This document shows, piece by piece, positions 18,810-28,994 of a stretch of DNA of 64,000 nucleotides (positions within the stretch are counted from its first letter, which is position 1; every line of letters begins with the position of its first letter). The notes under the pieces are model-generated. The model had not been told where the DNA came from and did not search any database. It saw nothing but the letters and a program-made list of their open reading frames with translations. Position numbers and translations under genes: made by a program. The stretch comes from Fluviicola sp. (GTDB taxonomy: Bacteria; Bacteroidota; Bacteroidia; Flavobacteriales_D; Crocinitomicaceae), in the NCBI GenBank assembly GCA_020849495.1, contig JADLGD010000029.1:58439-122438 (forward strand), given 5' to 3'.

Positions 18810-19345
18810 TTCTTCACTTGAAATTCTAAATAGTTTTGTTCAATCTTAGATTCCGTGTAAACTGGCACCCAACCACTCATATCAATAAAAATGCGGATGG
18901 CTTTCACAAAAGGATTCGTTTCTCCAGCATCAAACCAATGTTTGGTACCTGCTGGAACAGAAATCAAATCGCCTTTTTCACACAACAGATTAAAAACGGG
19001 TTCTCCGTCTAAATTGAACCAAAACAATCCTTGTCCATCAACAAAAAAGCGAATTTCATCTTCAGAGTGCGTGTGTTCTGATAAAAATTTTGCGCGAATG
19101 GCTTCGTAATTTTCAGTGAGGTGATTGATTGTAATCACATCCGCAGTTTGGTAGCCTCCCGCTTGCATGAATGGTTGCAAATCGGCTTCATACGCTTTCA
19201 AGATCTCATCTGGTGTTGCTGTGTCTTCGAATGAAACAGCAGCTTGCCATTGATCAAAGAATACGCCTCTTTCATTTAAAAAAGTGCGGATTGCTGCAAC
19301 ATCTTTAATGGTTAACTGTTTATCAGGAATTGAGAGAATTGCCAT
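18806..19345 (-). CDS. mtnD: Acireductone dioxygenase
   Basis: EHTHSEDEIRFFVDGQGLF and LISVPAGTKHWFD cupin metal ligands. Confidence 0.93.
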   Translation of the reverse strand: MAILSIPDKQLTIKDVAAIRTFLNERGVFFDQWQAAVSFEDTATPDEILKAYEADLQPFMQAGGYQTADVITINHLTENYEAIRAKFLSEHTHSEDEIRFFVDGQGLFWFNLDGEPVFNLLCEKGDLISVPAGTKHWFDAGETNPFVKAIRIFIDMSGWVPVYTESKIEQNYLEFQVKK

Positions 19346-19413
19346 TGTATGTATTTTTAAACATTTTTATTCCAGTAGAAAACACTATGTATCCACAGAC
19401 AAAATTATTGAAA

Positions 19414-20541
19414 ATGCGTTTCATTTTGAGTTTTTTAATGGTTTGTTTTGTTTACTCTGCCAGTTTTTCGCAAAAAAAGCAATCCCTTCCAGTTCGCTAC
19501 ATTCGAAAAATCTTTTTTGATACGACAGCAAAGTCAAAACCTCAGTTCATTGTCTACCCTATTGCTGCTTACTCTCCTGAAACCAATTTTGAATTTGGCT
19601 TGAGTTCTTTGTACGTTCGCTACGCAAAAGGCGACACCAATAACCGCTTGAGTGAAATCAACGCGTTTGCTTTTTACACTTTGGCAAAACAATACGGTGG
19701 TGTTTTGGAACATGCTATTTACTCAGATAAGAACAAGTGGTTTTTCTTGGGCAAACTAAAATTTCAAAGTTTTCCTTTGTCGTACTATGGAATTGGTCCC
19801 AGTGCCACACCTCAGAAAAAAGCAACCGTTGAAGCCATTTCATTTCAGGTGAAAGAACGCGTTTTACATAAAATTCACAACAACATTTACGGCGGAATAG
19901 AATTCGACTTACAGCATCTTGGAAATGTGAACTTTGCAGTTGAAGAAGGCCAACAAGTGGAATTACCATTAGGTCATGAAGGATCAACCAACTTAGGAAT
20001 CGGTTTTGGTTTATTGTATGACAACCGCCACAATGTACTCAACGTTAGAGAAGGATTTTTTGCTGAAGCGGCCGTTTTACATTACAACGATGCCATTGGT
20101 TCAGCCTATAAATTCACCTCTTTGTTTACTGATATCCGTTATTTTCATCCGATACGAACACGTAATACGCTTGCATTACACACTTACGGACAATTTACAT
20201 TTGGCAATGCTCCGTTCAATCATTTAGCCCAAATTGGTGGAGAAAGCATGATGCGCGGTTATTATTTAGGACGTTTCAGAGACCAGCATTATTTGGCCAC
20301 ACAAGTAGAATACCGCATGCTTCCTTTTTCATTTGCCAAACGTTTTGGTGCGGCTGTTTTTGCAGGAACAGGAAGTGTTTTCAATGACGCAGATCCCTTC
20401 CATCCAAACAAGTTGTTGCTTGCTGGAGGTGCAGGCTTGCGCTTTCAATTATTTCCTAAAAAAGACGTTTGGTTGCGCTTCGATTTAGCATTTACAAACG
20501 AAGGAAATGGCGTGTATATCTTTATCGGGGAAGCTTTTTGA
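19414..20541 (+). CDS. Omp85/BamA-TamA family beta-barrel without POTRA domains
   Basis: Signal peptide from 19414; PIAAYSPETNFEFG; GGESMMRGYYLGRF (VRGY-like loop 6); ends FIGEAF. Confidence 0.75.
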   Translation: MRFILSFLMVCFVYSASFSQKKQSLPVRYIRKIFFDTTAKSKPQFIVYPIAAYSPETNFEFGLSSLYVRYAKGDTNNRLSEINAFAFYTLAKQYGGVLEHAIYSDKNKWFFLGKLKFQSFPLSYYGIGPSATPQKKATVEAISFQVKERVLHKIHNNIYGGIEFDLQHLGNVNFAVEEGQQVELPLGHEGSTNLGIGFGLLYDNRHNVLNVREGFFAEAAVLHYNDAIGSAYKFTSLFTDIRYFHPIRTRNTLALHTYGQFTFGNAPFNHLAQIGGESMMRGYYLGRFRDQHYLATQVEYRMLPFSFAKRFGAAVFAGTGSVFNDADPFHPNKLLLAGGAGLRFQLFPKKDVWLRFDLAFTNEGNGVYIFIGEAF

Positions 20542-21690
20542 TTATACTTCTTTTTCCTCCAATTTCCCATCTGCATGTAGCGCAAATCTACTTTTAGTAC
20601 GATCGTGTACTTGATCGTATTTCGGCCAAGGCCAACCGCCAAATTGAGTTGCGTGGTAATCTTCGAAGGCTTGTTGGATTTCTTCTTTTGTATTCATTAC
20701 AAAAGGTCCGTATTGCATCACTTGCTCGCCGATTGGTTTCCCTTGAAGTATGAAAATATTCACTTCCGTTTCATGGGCTTTTAACACCACTTCTTGATCA
20801 GCATGTAATTCCACGCCTGAATATTTCTCAATGGTTTTATCGGCAATCGTCAAACGGTCACCTTCGTAGAAATACAAGGAACGATTGGTTCCAGCACTTG
20901 CTTTTGGCAACACCACTTCTGCATGAGGCTGCATCAAAATATTGACCACCATCACTTCATTGGCAGGATTTGCAGCCCACGAATTGGGAGGTGGATTTTG
21001 TGCTTTCTGATCTCCCCAAGTTCCAGCAATGAGTTCAATTTTTGCCGTATTCTTTTCATTGGAAACTGTTTCAATCGTTGGGATGGATTCGCGCCACAAC
21101 ATTTTGAAATGAGGCTCCACCATTTTATCTTTCTTTGGTAGGTTTAACCACACTTGAAACAACTCGAGCGGGTTTTCTTTTTCCTGACTCAACAAAGGAA
21201 ACATTTCGGAGTGTTGCACACCTTTTCCAGCCGTCATCCATTGTACGTCTCCATTTCCATATCGTCCGGCAGCGCCCAAGGAATCAGCATGATCTACCAA
21301 ACCTTTTCGCACCACAGTGATGGTTTCAAAACCACGATGTGGATGACCGGGAAAACCTGGAACCGTTTGTCCGTGATACATTCGAAAACCATCTTTGATG
21401 ATGAAATCATCGCCCATGTGTCGTCCTGCAAAATTATTAGGATCTGGTCCCATCACCTCATTCCCAACAGGAAAATAATCTTCGTGGTGTACACAAAATA
21501 AAAAAGGATCTTGGGTTTCCCATTGAAAACCAAGCGGTCTGATGCGTTTGATTGGATCTTTTTCGTTCATTTCAGCAGAAGAATTATCGGATGATTTTGC
21601 AGCTCCAGCGAGCCAAGGTAGTGCAACAACACTTCCCAGTGCGAGCGATAAACGCTCAACAAATTTGCGACGGTTTACATTTGAGCTCAT
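20542..21690 (-). CDS. Pirin family protein with twin-arginine signal
   Basis: GFPGHPHRGFETIT and QWMTAGKGVQHSE metal ligands; N-terminal NRRKFV + hydrophobic stretch + AGA. Confidence 0.88.
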   Translation of the reverse strand: MSSNVNRRKFVERLSLALGSVVALPWLAGAAKSSDNSSAEMNEKDPIKRIRPLGFQWETQDPFLFCVHHEDYFPVGNEVMGPDPNNFAGRHMGDDFIIKDGFRMYHGQTVPGFPGHPHRGFETITVVRKGLVDHADSLGAAGRYGNGDVQWMTAGKGVQHSEMFPLLSQEKENPLELFQVWLNLPKKDKMVEPHFKMLWRESIPTIETVSNEKNTAKIELIAGTWGDQKAQNPPPNSWAANPANEVMVVNILMQPHAEVVLPKASAGTNRSLYFYEGDRLTIADKTIEKYSGVELHADQEVVLKAHETEVNIFILQGKPIGEQVMQYGPFVMNTKEEIQQAFEDYHATQFGGWPWPKYDQVHDRTKSRFALHADGKLEEKEV

Positions 21691-21840
21691 TCGTTCGTGT
21701 ATTTAGCTACCAAGGTAACAAAAATAAGCAACGATTGTTGAATGATAAAATGTAAAAATGTATCAGCAACGGTTGATTAACGTGTGAACGAATTTTAAGC
21801 TCAAAAAAATTGTTGACTGATTGGGACTAAAATTGAACTA

Positions 21841-22452
21841 TTATTTCCTCAACTTCCACTCCACTTCCAACAAATATTCGGTTGTTTCTAAGTGGCGTTT
21901 TGCTTCGAATAGATCACGTCCCCAAGCGTAGGTCCCGTGTTTGCGCATGATGAAAGCCGGAATGGTTAAACGCTCTTTTTGAGCTGTCAATTCCGCAGCA
22001 AAAGCCGTCATGTCTTGTGTATTGTCAAAAATGGGTAAATCAACACTAACCTCATGGGTTTTGATGCCTTCATACCCTTTCAACACTTCATAGCCTTCCA
22101 AACGAACAGCATCAGATTCAACTGCAGAATGCAAGACACTGTAAACTGAATGACTGTGAACGATGCAATGCATTTCCGGGAATAATTGATACAAGGTACA
22201 ATGAATCAAGGTTTCAGCAGATGGTCGAATACCTTCAAATGCAGGCAAAGCCTTTCCATTCAAATCCACTTCCATGAAATCTGTTGGGGCAAAATAATGC
22301 TTGTCAATCCCTGATTTGGAAACGTAAACCACTGTTGGGTTATCTGGCAAACGGAAAGAATAATTCGTTGAAGTAGCCGGCGACCAACCTTTGGAGTTGT
22401 AATGACGCACAACTTCAGCCAATTGCTGTTTGATTTGATCCACGTTTTTCAT
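21841..22452 (-). CDS. mtnB: Methylthioribulose-1-phosphate dehydratase
   Basis: GWSPATSTNYS, SKSGIDK, PSAETLIH, HSHS, HGTYAWG. Start moved to 22452, 1 nt after the pyrF stop. Confidence 0.9.
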   Translation of the reverse strand: MKNVDQIKQQLAEVVRHYNSKGWSPATSTNYSFRLPDNPTVVYVSKSGIDKHYFAPTDFMEVDLNGKALPAFEGIRPSAETLIHCTLYQLFPEMHCIVHSHSVYSVLHSAVESDAVRLEGYEVLKGYEGIKTHEVSVDLPIFDNTQDMTAFAAELTAQKERLTIPAFIMRKHGTYAWGRDLFEAKRHLETTEYLLEVEWKLRK

Positions 22453-22453
22453 C

Positions 22454-23275
22454 TTAAACAAAGTGTTTCGCCACTAAAATTTGTTCCATCTCCGCTTGCA
22501 ATGCTTGGGCCTCTTGACCAGCTTTATCCGCAAAATCCAATCCTGAAGAAGCGTAAATAATCGAACGAGAAGCATTCACCAATAAACCACAATCAGCATT
22601 CCAACCGTAATTGGCAACATCCTCCAAGCTCCCACCTTGAGCACCTACTCCAGGCACCAAGAAGAAATGATTCGGAACCACTTTACGAACTTCAGCAATA
22701 CCTTCAGCTCTTGTTGCACCTACGACATACATCAAATTGTCTGCACTTCCCCATTTTGAACTTTTGCGCAAGACTTTTTTGTACAATTCTTCTCCGTTTA
22801 CATCGGTCATGAACTGAAAATCAAGCGCACCTTTATTCGAGGTCAAGGCCAACAAAATGACCCATTTGTCTTTGTATTCTTGGAAAGGCGTCACAGAATC
22901 TTCGCCCATGTAAGGCGCAACTGTAACTGCATCACAATTCAAGTATTCGAAAAATGTTTTTGCATAATACAAAGACGTGTTACCGATATCGCCGCGTTTT
23001 GCATCAGCGATTGTCATGCAAGTAGAAGGAATATAATCAATCGTTTTTTTCAAAGATTCCCACCCTTTTGGACCCAAACATTCGTAGAATGCGATATTGG
23101 GTTTGTAGGCTACACAAAAATCTTTCGTTGCATCAATAATGGCTTTATTGAATTCAAAAATCGGATCTTCTGTTTCCAATAAATGTGCAGGTATTTTTGT
23201 TAGATCGGTATCTAAACCAACACACAAGAAGGATTTCTTAGCACGAATTTGATCAATGAGCGCTTGTCTCGTCAT
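22454..23275 (-). CDS. pyrF: Orotidine-5'-phosphate decarboxylase
   Basis: [49 protein letters not shown]. Confidence 0.96.
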   Translation of the reverse strand: MTRQALIDQIRAKKSFLCVGLDTDLTKIPAHLLETEDPIFEFNKAIIDATKDFCVAYKPNIAFYECLGPKGWESLKKTIDYIPSTCMTIADAKRGDIGNTSLYYAKTFFEYLNCDAVTVAPYMGEDSVTPFQEYKDKWVILLALTSNKGALDFQFMTDVNGEELYKKVLRKSSKWGSADNLMYVVGATRAEGIAEVRKVVPNHFFLVPGVGAQGGSLEDVANYGWNADCGLLVNASRSIIYASSGLDFADKAGQEAQALQAEMEQILVAKHFV

Positions 23276-23294
23276 ACGAATAGATTTAAGCCCG

Positions 23295-23302
23295 CAAAGA
23301 TA
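23295..23302 (-). promoter_or_regulatory. -7 element (TATCTTTG) for pyrF-mtnB
   Basis: TAnnTTTG match upstream of pyrF. Confidence 0.65.
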
Positions 23303-23329
23303 AGCACTTCAAAGGAAAAACCGCGTACT

Positions 23330-24103
23330 TTATGGAACAACAATCGTTTTTGACGCAAAAGTTCTAGCACCAAAATAGCCAAAACAACCACTTGGGAAGT
23401 TGGATACAGGATTTGCTGGAGTTGCTTGTCCACTCGAATTCAGACTCAATTGATAGAAATACGAATACACGGGCTTGTCGATGCAGAACATGTCCAAACG
23501 CAAAGTATCACCAGGTAGCAAATCAGGACCAAACAAGGGTTGAAGTGTCAAATTTCCATCATTGAACTGATCGTCTTGCAAGTAAATTCCTTTTTCTCGA
23601 ACACCGTTTACGTACAAATTGAATTGGTAATAATTGGGTTCACCAGCAGGATCATTTCGTTCTGCAATAATGGTTCTAAAGGTATCTTGACCGAAATACA
23701 ATTCTTGAATAAAGACATCGTTTAAAGGAACAGCTGTTTGCAGTGTACTTGAAGCAGAAAACGTATTTCCATCCACTGCAACTGTGATGGTGTAAGTTCT
23801 ACCTACCACACCAGGATAACTGCTCAATGCATATTTGCCATTTCCGATGGAAGTAAATGTTCCTACATTCCCTAAATTATCGACTACTGTTACAATAGCG
23901 TTATTTACTGTTGGATATGCAATGGATTCATCAAAATTCAAGGAGCGTGTAATCAACACATAATGCGTGGTATCGCCTTCATGAATGTTTCCTTCAATCA
24001 CAAATTTGGGATCTTCCGAATTCAAATCTACGTCAATTACTTTTTGACAGCTGCCCAAGACAATTAATGTCAAAACGCAAATAAAAATGATTGCTCTTTT
24101 CAT
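23330..24103 (-). CDS. DUF4249 family lipoprotein (TonB-dependent receptor partner)
   Basis: LGS-CQKVIDVDL..EDPKFVIEG; C-terminal PANPVSNF..GCFGYF. Confidence 0.85.
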   Translation of the reverse strand: MKRAIIFICVLTLIVLGSCQKVIDVDLNSEDPKFVIEGNIHEGDTTHYVLITRSLNFDESIAYPTVNNAIVTVVDNLGNVGTFTSIGNGKYALSSYPGVVGRTYTITVAVDGNTFSASSTLQTAVPLNDVFIQELYFGQDTFRTIIAERNDPAGEPNYYQFNLYVNGVREKGIYLQDDQFNDGNLTLQPLFGPDLLPGDTLRLDMFCIDKPVYSYFYQLSLNSSGQATPANPVSNFPSGCFGYFGARTFASKTIVVP

Positions 24104-24166
24104 GTTCGTATAATTTTATCTATTCTACCTTCTTACGAAGGGAAATATGGAAAGCAATGCTTTCTC

Positions 24167-26491
24167 TTATTTGAATTTAAAGTTGTAAGTAATTGCCGGA
24201 ACCAATTTGAACAAAGTTGTTTGAACTGCCTCTGTTTTATTGGGATCATTTTCATTCGTTCTGAAGGTAATGGAATAAGCATTTTCACGTGCATACACGT
24301 TGTAGATGGACAAATTCAAACTACTTTCAAACTTCGCTGTGTTTTTGATATTCCATGTAACGGCTAAATCCAAGCGGTGATAATTGGGCATGCGATAACC
24401 GTTTCTTTCCGTGTAAATAAAATACGATTCACCATCAACTTGGTATTTTCCTGAAGGGAACGTTACTGCATTTCCTGTATAAAACACAAACAAAGCAGAT
24501 ACCGACCATTTCGCATTGAAATCATAGATTCCAACTACAGAAATATCGTGTGTACGATCTTGTTTTGCTAAGTACCAATTGTTGTCATTGATGCCATCGA
24601 TTTGACGTTCGGTTTTAGACAAGGTATAACCAATCCAACCAGTGAATTTACCTGATTTTTTACGCAGCATTACTTCGATACCGTATGCTCTTCCATCGCC
24701 AGCTAAAATTTCACCTTCCAATTTCTCGTTCGCTTGTTCGTTGGCACCATTGCGGTAATCCAACTGGTTTTGCATTACTTTGTAATACACTTCCGTGTTG
24801 AATTCCAATTTATTATCCAAGAAGTTTTTGAACCATCCCAAAGCAACTTGATCTGAAATACCTGGTTTTGTATTCATACTAGAAGACAACCACACATCCG
24901 TTGGTGAGCCAGAAGTAGCATTTGAAACTTGGTGGATGTTTTGAGTATTTCTTGAATAAGCTCCTTTGATTGATTGACCTTTTAAATATTCCCAACTAAA
25001 AGAAGCACGTGGTTCTAAATTGAAATAGTTTTTCAACATTTTTCCTTTGGTGTAAATCTCAGTAGTTGCAACGCTTCCATCAGGATTGTAGGTGTACATT
25101 TCATCACCGCTACCTAAAACCGTCAACAAACTTCCACGCAAACCATAATTCACGATCAGTTTTTCATTTACTGTCCAATCATTGCTCACAAACAAAGCCG
25201 TTTCAAAGGTATTGGTTGGTTTGATACGTTTTGCATTGATTCCAGATTCTGAATTGGCATCCACTTGTCCTGGTGTAATGGAGTGACGAATCACATTTGC
25301 ACCAAACTTGATTTTATTGCGTGTATTTAAGAAATATTGAAATTCTTGTTTGAGGTTAAGATCTTGGATTTGAGAACGAATCGAAAAATCGACATCACCA
25401 CCTGAGATATTGATTTTGTAATCGTATTTGGAATAAATGAAAGACGTATTGGAGAACAATTTATCATTTACAATGTGATTCCAACGCAAGGTTCCAGTTG
25501 TATTTCCCCAATCGATTCCGAAAATATCACCTAAGCCCAATTTATCTCTTCCAAAATAACCTGAAAGAAACAAACGGTTTTTTTGATTGATGCGGTAATT
25601 CAATTTCGCATTCAAATCATAGAAATACAATTTATTGTCTTTAAAATCTTCAGTTGCTTTCAAGAACACATCCGCATACGTTCTACGACCTGTAACCAAG
25701 AAGGAAGCTTTGTCTTTTACGATTGGTCCTTCCACGTTTAATTTCGAGGAAATCAAACCCAAACCACCACTGACATTGAAACGCTTACTGTTTCCTTCGT
25801 TCATTTTGATATCGAGCACAGAAGACAAACGTCCACCGTAGTTTGATGGTTGATTTCCTTTGTAAAGTGTTGCATCTTTGATAGCATCAGAGTTGAAGGT
25901 AGAAAAGAAACCTAATAAATGGGAAGCATTGTAAACGGGTGCTTCATCCAAGAGGATTAAGTTTTGATCGGCGCTTCCTCCTCGCACATAAAATCCAGAA
26001 CCACCTTCACCAGCATTTTTCACACCTGGTAATAATTGCATGGTTTTGATCAAATCCTTTTCACCGAAAATAACAGGAATTTTAGCTAAATCTTTTGGAT
26101 CCAAGCGCTCAACACCCATGATAGGGTCTTTGACATTGGCATCTGGTCTTTCAGCAGCAACAATAACCTCTTCAATTTTAGTGGTCGCTTGAGTGGGTTT
26201 CAATTGAATATCTTGTTGCACACTCGTTGACAAATCAATAGCTAACTCCAATTTATCAAAATCAATGGAAGTGATCACAAAAGTGTATTGACCAACAGGA
26301 AGCGTGATGGAAAAGAATCCATACTCATTCGTTGCTGTACCAATTGCCTGATCTTTCAGTTTGACAGTTGCTCCAATTAATTCTTCACCAGTAGCAGCAT
26401 CTTTGATGGTACCACTGAATGTTGCTTTATCTTGCGACCATGAAAAGCTTATAAACATAAGCGCAATGATCAATAAGAGGTGTTTATGCAT
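24167..26491 (-). CDS. TonB-dependent receptor
   Basis: N-terminal carboxypeptidase-regulatory-like domain; plug GEKDLIKTMQLLPGV...VRGGSADQNL; C-terminal YNFKFK. Confidence 0.92.
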   Translation of the reverse strand: MHKHLLLIIALMFISFSWSQDKATFSGTIKDAATGEELIGATVKLKDQAIGTATNEYGFFSITLPVGQYTFVITSIDFDKLELAIDLSTSVQQDIQLKPTQATTKIEEVIVAAERPDANVKDPIMGVERLDPKDLAKIPVIFGEKDLIKTMQLLPGVKNAGEGGSGFYVRGGSADQNLILLDEAPVYNASHLLGFFSTFNSDAIKDATLYKGNQPSNYGGRLSSVLDIKMNEGNSKRFNVSGGLGLISSKLNVEGPIVKDKASFLVTGRRTYADVFLKATEDFKDNKLYFYDLNAKLNYRINQKNRLFLSGYFGRDKLGLGDIFGIDWGNTTGTLRWNHIVNDKLFSNTSFIYSKYDYKINISGGDVDFSIRSQIQDLNLKQEFQYFLNTRNKIKFGANVIRHSITPGQVDANSESGINAKRIKPTNTFETALFVSNDWTVNEKLIVNYGLRGSLLTVLGSGDEMYTYNPDGSVATTEIYTKGKMLKNYFNLEPRASFSWEYLKGQSIKGAYSRNTQNIHQVSNATSGSPTDVWLSSSMNTKPGISDQVALGWFKNFLDNKLEFNTEVYYKVMQNQLDYRNGANEQANEKLEGEILAGDGRAYGIEVMLRKKSGKFTGWIGYTLSKTERQIDGINDNNWYLAKQDRTHDISVVGIYDFNAKWSVSALFVFYTGNAVTFPSGKYQVDGESYFIYTERNGYRMPNYHRLDLAVTWNIKNTAKFESSLNLSIYNVYARENAYSITFRTNENDPNKTEAVQTTLFKLVPAITYNFKFK

Positions 26492-26604
26492 GAGTTGTTA
26501 TTTTCAGGTACAAATCTCCGTTCTTTTTCTGAGGAAATCGTTTAAAAAATGTGAAAAAAAAGGTACAAACTGCTAAGCGGTTAAAATGACTGTATGACTG
26601 GAAG

Positions 26605-27684
26605 TTAAACTCCTTCACCTTTCATTTTTTCAGCATTCTCGGCCATTTTCAAAGCGTCAATCATTTCTTGCACATCTCCATTCATAAACATACTAAGGTT
26701 GTACATTGTTTTGTTGATGCGGTGATCCGTGATTCGTCCTTGAGGATAATTGTATGTTCTAATTTTTGCTGAGCGGTCACCAGTAGAAACCAAAGTTTTA
26801 CGTTGAGCAGCTCTTTCTTGATGAACGCGATCCAATTCTGCTTGATACAAACGCGAGCGTAGAACAGAAATTGCTTTTTCCAAGTTTTTGTGTTGTGAAC
26901 GACCATCTTGACATTCAACGACCACTCCAGTTGGAATGTGCGTCAAACGAATAGCAGATTCCGTTTTGTTAATGTGCTGACCACCAGCTCCAGATGCACG
27001 GAAGGTATCCTTGCGCACATCGTTCATGTCCAATTCAAAATCCACTTCTTCCGCTTCTGGTAAAACTGCCACAGTGATTGCAGAAGTATGCACACGTCCT
27101 TGAGATTCTGTTTCAGGCACACGTTGTACGCGGTGAACACCCGATTCGAACTTCAACATTCCGTAAATCCCAGCACCTTCAATGCTCATGGAAATCTCTT
27201 TGTATCCTTTTGTACTACCTTCAGAAGAGTTGATGATTTCGTATTTCCATCCCATTTCTTTGAAGTACATCGTGTACATGCGGAAAATATCTTCAACGAA
27301 AATACAAGCCTCATCACCACCGGTTCCTGCGCGCAACTCTAGGATGGCATTTTTATCGTCTTCAGGATCTTTTGGAATCAACAATACTTTAATTTCCTCT
27401 TCTATTTCAGGACGTTTTTGTTCCAACTCATCGATTTCCATTTTCGCCATTTCCCTCATCTCAGGATCGGTTTCCACTTCCAACAATGCTTTCGAACTTT
27501 TTAAGTTGTCCAAAATGTTTTTATAGGTTTTATAGGCATTATCAACCTCTTCAAGGTCTCTATACTCTTTATTTAATTTCACATAACGATCCATATCTGA
27601 AATGATATCAGGATCGGTAATCATTTTACCAACTTCCACAAATCGGAAATGAATTGCTTCTAGTTTATTCAGTAAATCGTTCAT
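26605..27684 (-). CDS. prfA: Peptide chain release factor 1
   Basis: GVHRVQRVPETESQGRVHTS (PxT), GAGGQ, RTYNYPQGR. Start moved to MNDLL (27684). Confidence 0.96.
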   Translation of the reverse strand: MNDLLNKLEAIHFRFVEVGKMITDPDIISDMDRYVKLNKEYRDLEEVDNAYKTYKNILDNLKSSKALLEVETDPEMREMAKMEIDELEQKRPEIEEEIKVLLIPKDPEDDKNAILELRAGTGGDEACIFVEDIFRMYTMYFKEMGWKYEIINSSEGSTKGYKEISMSIEGAGIYGMLKFESGVHRVQRVPETESQGRVHTSAITVAVLPEAEEVDFELDMNDVRKDTFRASGAGGQHINKTESAIRLTHIPTGVVVECQDGRSQHKNLEKAISVLRSRLYQAELDRVHQERAAQRKTLVSTGDRSAKIRTYNYPQGRITDHRINKTMYNLSMFMNGDVQEMIDALKMAENAEKMKGEGV

Positions 27685-27688
27685 GCTA

Positions 27689-28858
27689 TTATTGATAAAT
27701 AAATTCACCCACTTCAGAGCGAACGGTCACTTGTTTTCCTTCATGAGCTTCCACTCTACCGATAATTTTGGCATCAATTCCAAAACTTTCACTTATTTCA
27801 ATGATAGAAGCTGCAATGCTTTCTGGTACATAAATTTCCATGCGATGCCCCATGTTAAATACCTTGTACATCTCTTTCCAATCCGTACCAGATTCTTCTT
27901 GAATCATTTTAAACAGCGGCGGAATTGGGAATAAATTGTCTTTGATGACGTGTACTTTGTCAACAAAATGCAACACTTTCGTTTGAGCTCCTCCAGAACA
28001 ATGCACCATTCCATGTATTTCTTCACGATGTTTGTCTAACACTGCTTTAATAACAGGCGCATACGTACGAGTTGGAGAAAGCACCAATTGTCCAGCATCA
28101 ACTGGAACACCATCAACTTTGTCCGTCAAATTCTTTGTTCCAGAATACACCAAATCAGATGGAACTGCCGCATCAAAGCTTTCAGGGTATTTAGCAGCTA
28201 GTGATTTATTGAAAACGTCATGGCGAGCGGATGTCAAACCATTAGAACCCATTCCACCATTGTAAGCTGATTCATAAGTAGCTTGTCCAAAAGAAGCCAA
28301 ACCTACAATTACATCCCCATTTTGAATGGTGTGATTGGAAATTACCTCTGAGCGTTTCATTCTACAAACAACTGTAGAATCTACTATGATTGTACGAACC
28401 AAATCACCAACGTCAGCAGTTTCACCACCAGTTGAATAGATGCCGATACCTTGTTCGCGTAAAGTTCCCAATAATTCTTCTGTTCCATTAATAATGGCAG
28501 CAATCACTTCACCTGTGATTAGGTTTTTATTGCGACCGATGGTAGAAGAAAGTAAAATATTTTCAGTTGCACCCACACACAATAAATCATCTATATTCAT
28601 GATCAAAGCATCTTTAGCGATTCCTTTCCAGACAGAAACATCACCTGTTTCTTTCCAATACATGTATGCTAGAGAAGACTTGGTTCCAGCTCCATCAGCA
28701 TGCATGACGATACAATACTCAGGATCACCTGTTAAGTAATCCGGAACGATTTTACAAAATGCTTGAGGGAATAAGCCCTTATCTACATTTTTAATTGCGT
28801 TGTGCACTTCTTCTTTACCAGCAGAAACGCCTCGGAGATTGTATCGAATATCTGACAT
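27689..28858 (-). CDS. purM: Phosphoribosylformylglycinamidine cyclo-ligase (AIR synthase), Bacteroidota type
   Basis: RGVSAGKEEVH, HADGAGTKS, GGETADVGDLVRT, GSNGLTSARH, FNMGHR. Confidence 0.88.
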   Translation of the reverse strand: MSDIRYNLRGVSAGKEEVHNAIKNVDKGLFPQAFCKIVPDYLTGDPEYCIVMHADGAGTKSSLAYMYWKETGDVSVWKGIAKDALIMNIDDLLCVGATENILLSSTIGRNKNLITGEVIAAIINGTEELLGTLREQGIGIYSTGGETADVGDLVRTIIVDSTVVCRMKRSEVISNHTIQNGDVIVGLASFGQATYESAYNGGMGSNGLTSARHDVFNKSLAAKYPESFDAAVPSDLVYSGTKNLTDKVDGVPVDAGQLVLSPTRTYAPVIKAVLDKHREEIHGMVHCSGGAQTKVLHFVDKVHVIKDNLFPIPPLFKMIQEESGTDWKEMYKVFNMGHRMEIYVPESIAASIIEISESFGIDAKIIGRVEAHEGKQVTVRSEVGEFIYQ

Positions 28859-28960
28859 AATTGCAACTTTATCCTACTTTCCATCAAGCAGGAGGGCAAA
28901 AGTAAGCATTTCAAATGAGTACTAAAAGTCAAAAGAAAGCTAAGAAAGAACAGAACAAAA

Positions 28961-28988
28961 AAAAGGCTCTCAATATTGAGAGCCTTTT
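28961..28988. terminator. Intrinsic terminator after the PorE-like gene
   Basis: Perfect palindrome AAAAGGCTCTCAATATTGAGAGCCTTTT. Confidence 0.8.
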
Positions 28989-28994
28989 GGTATT

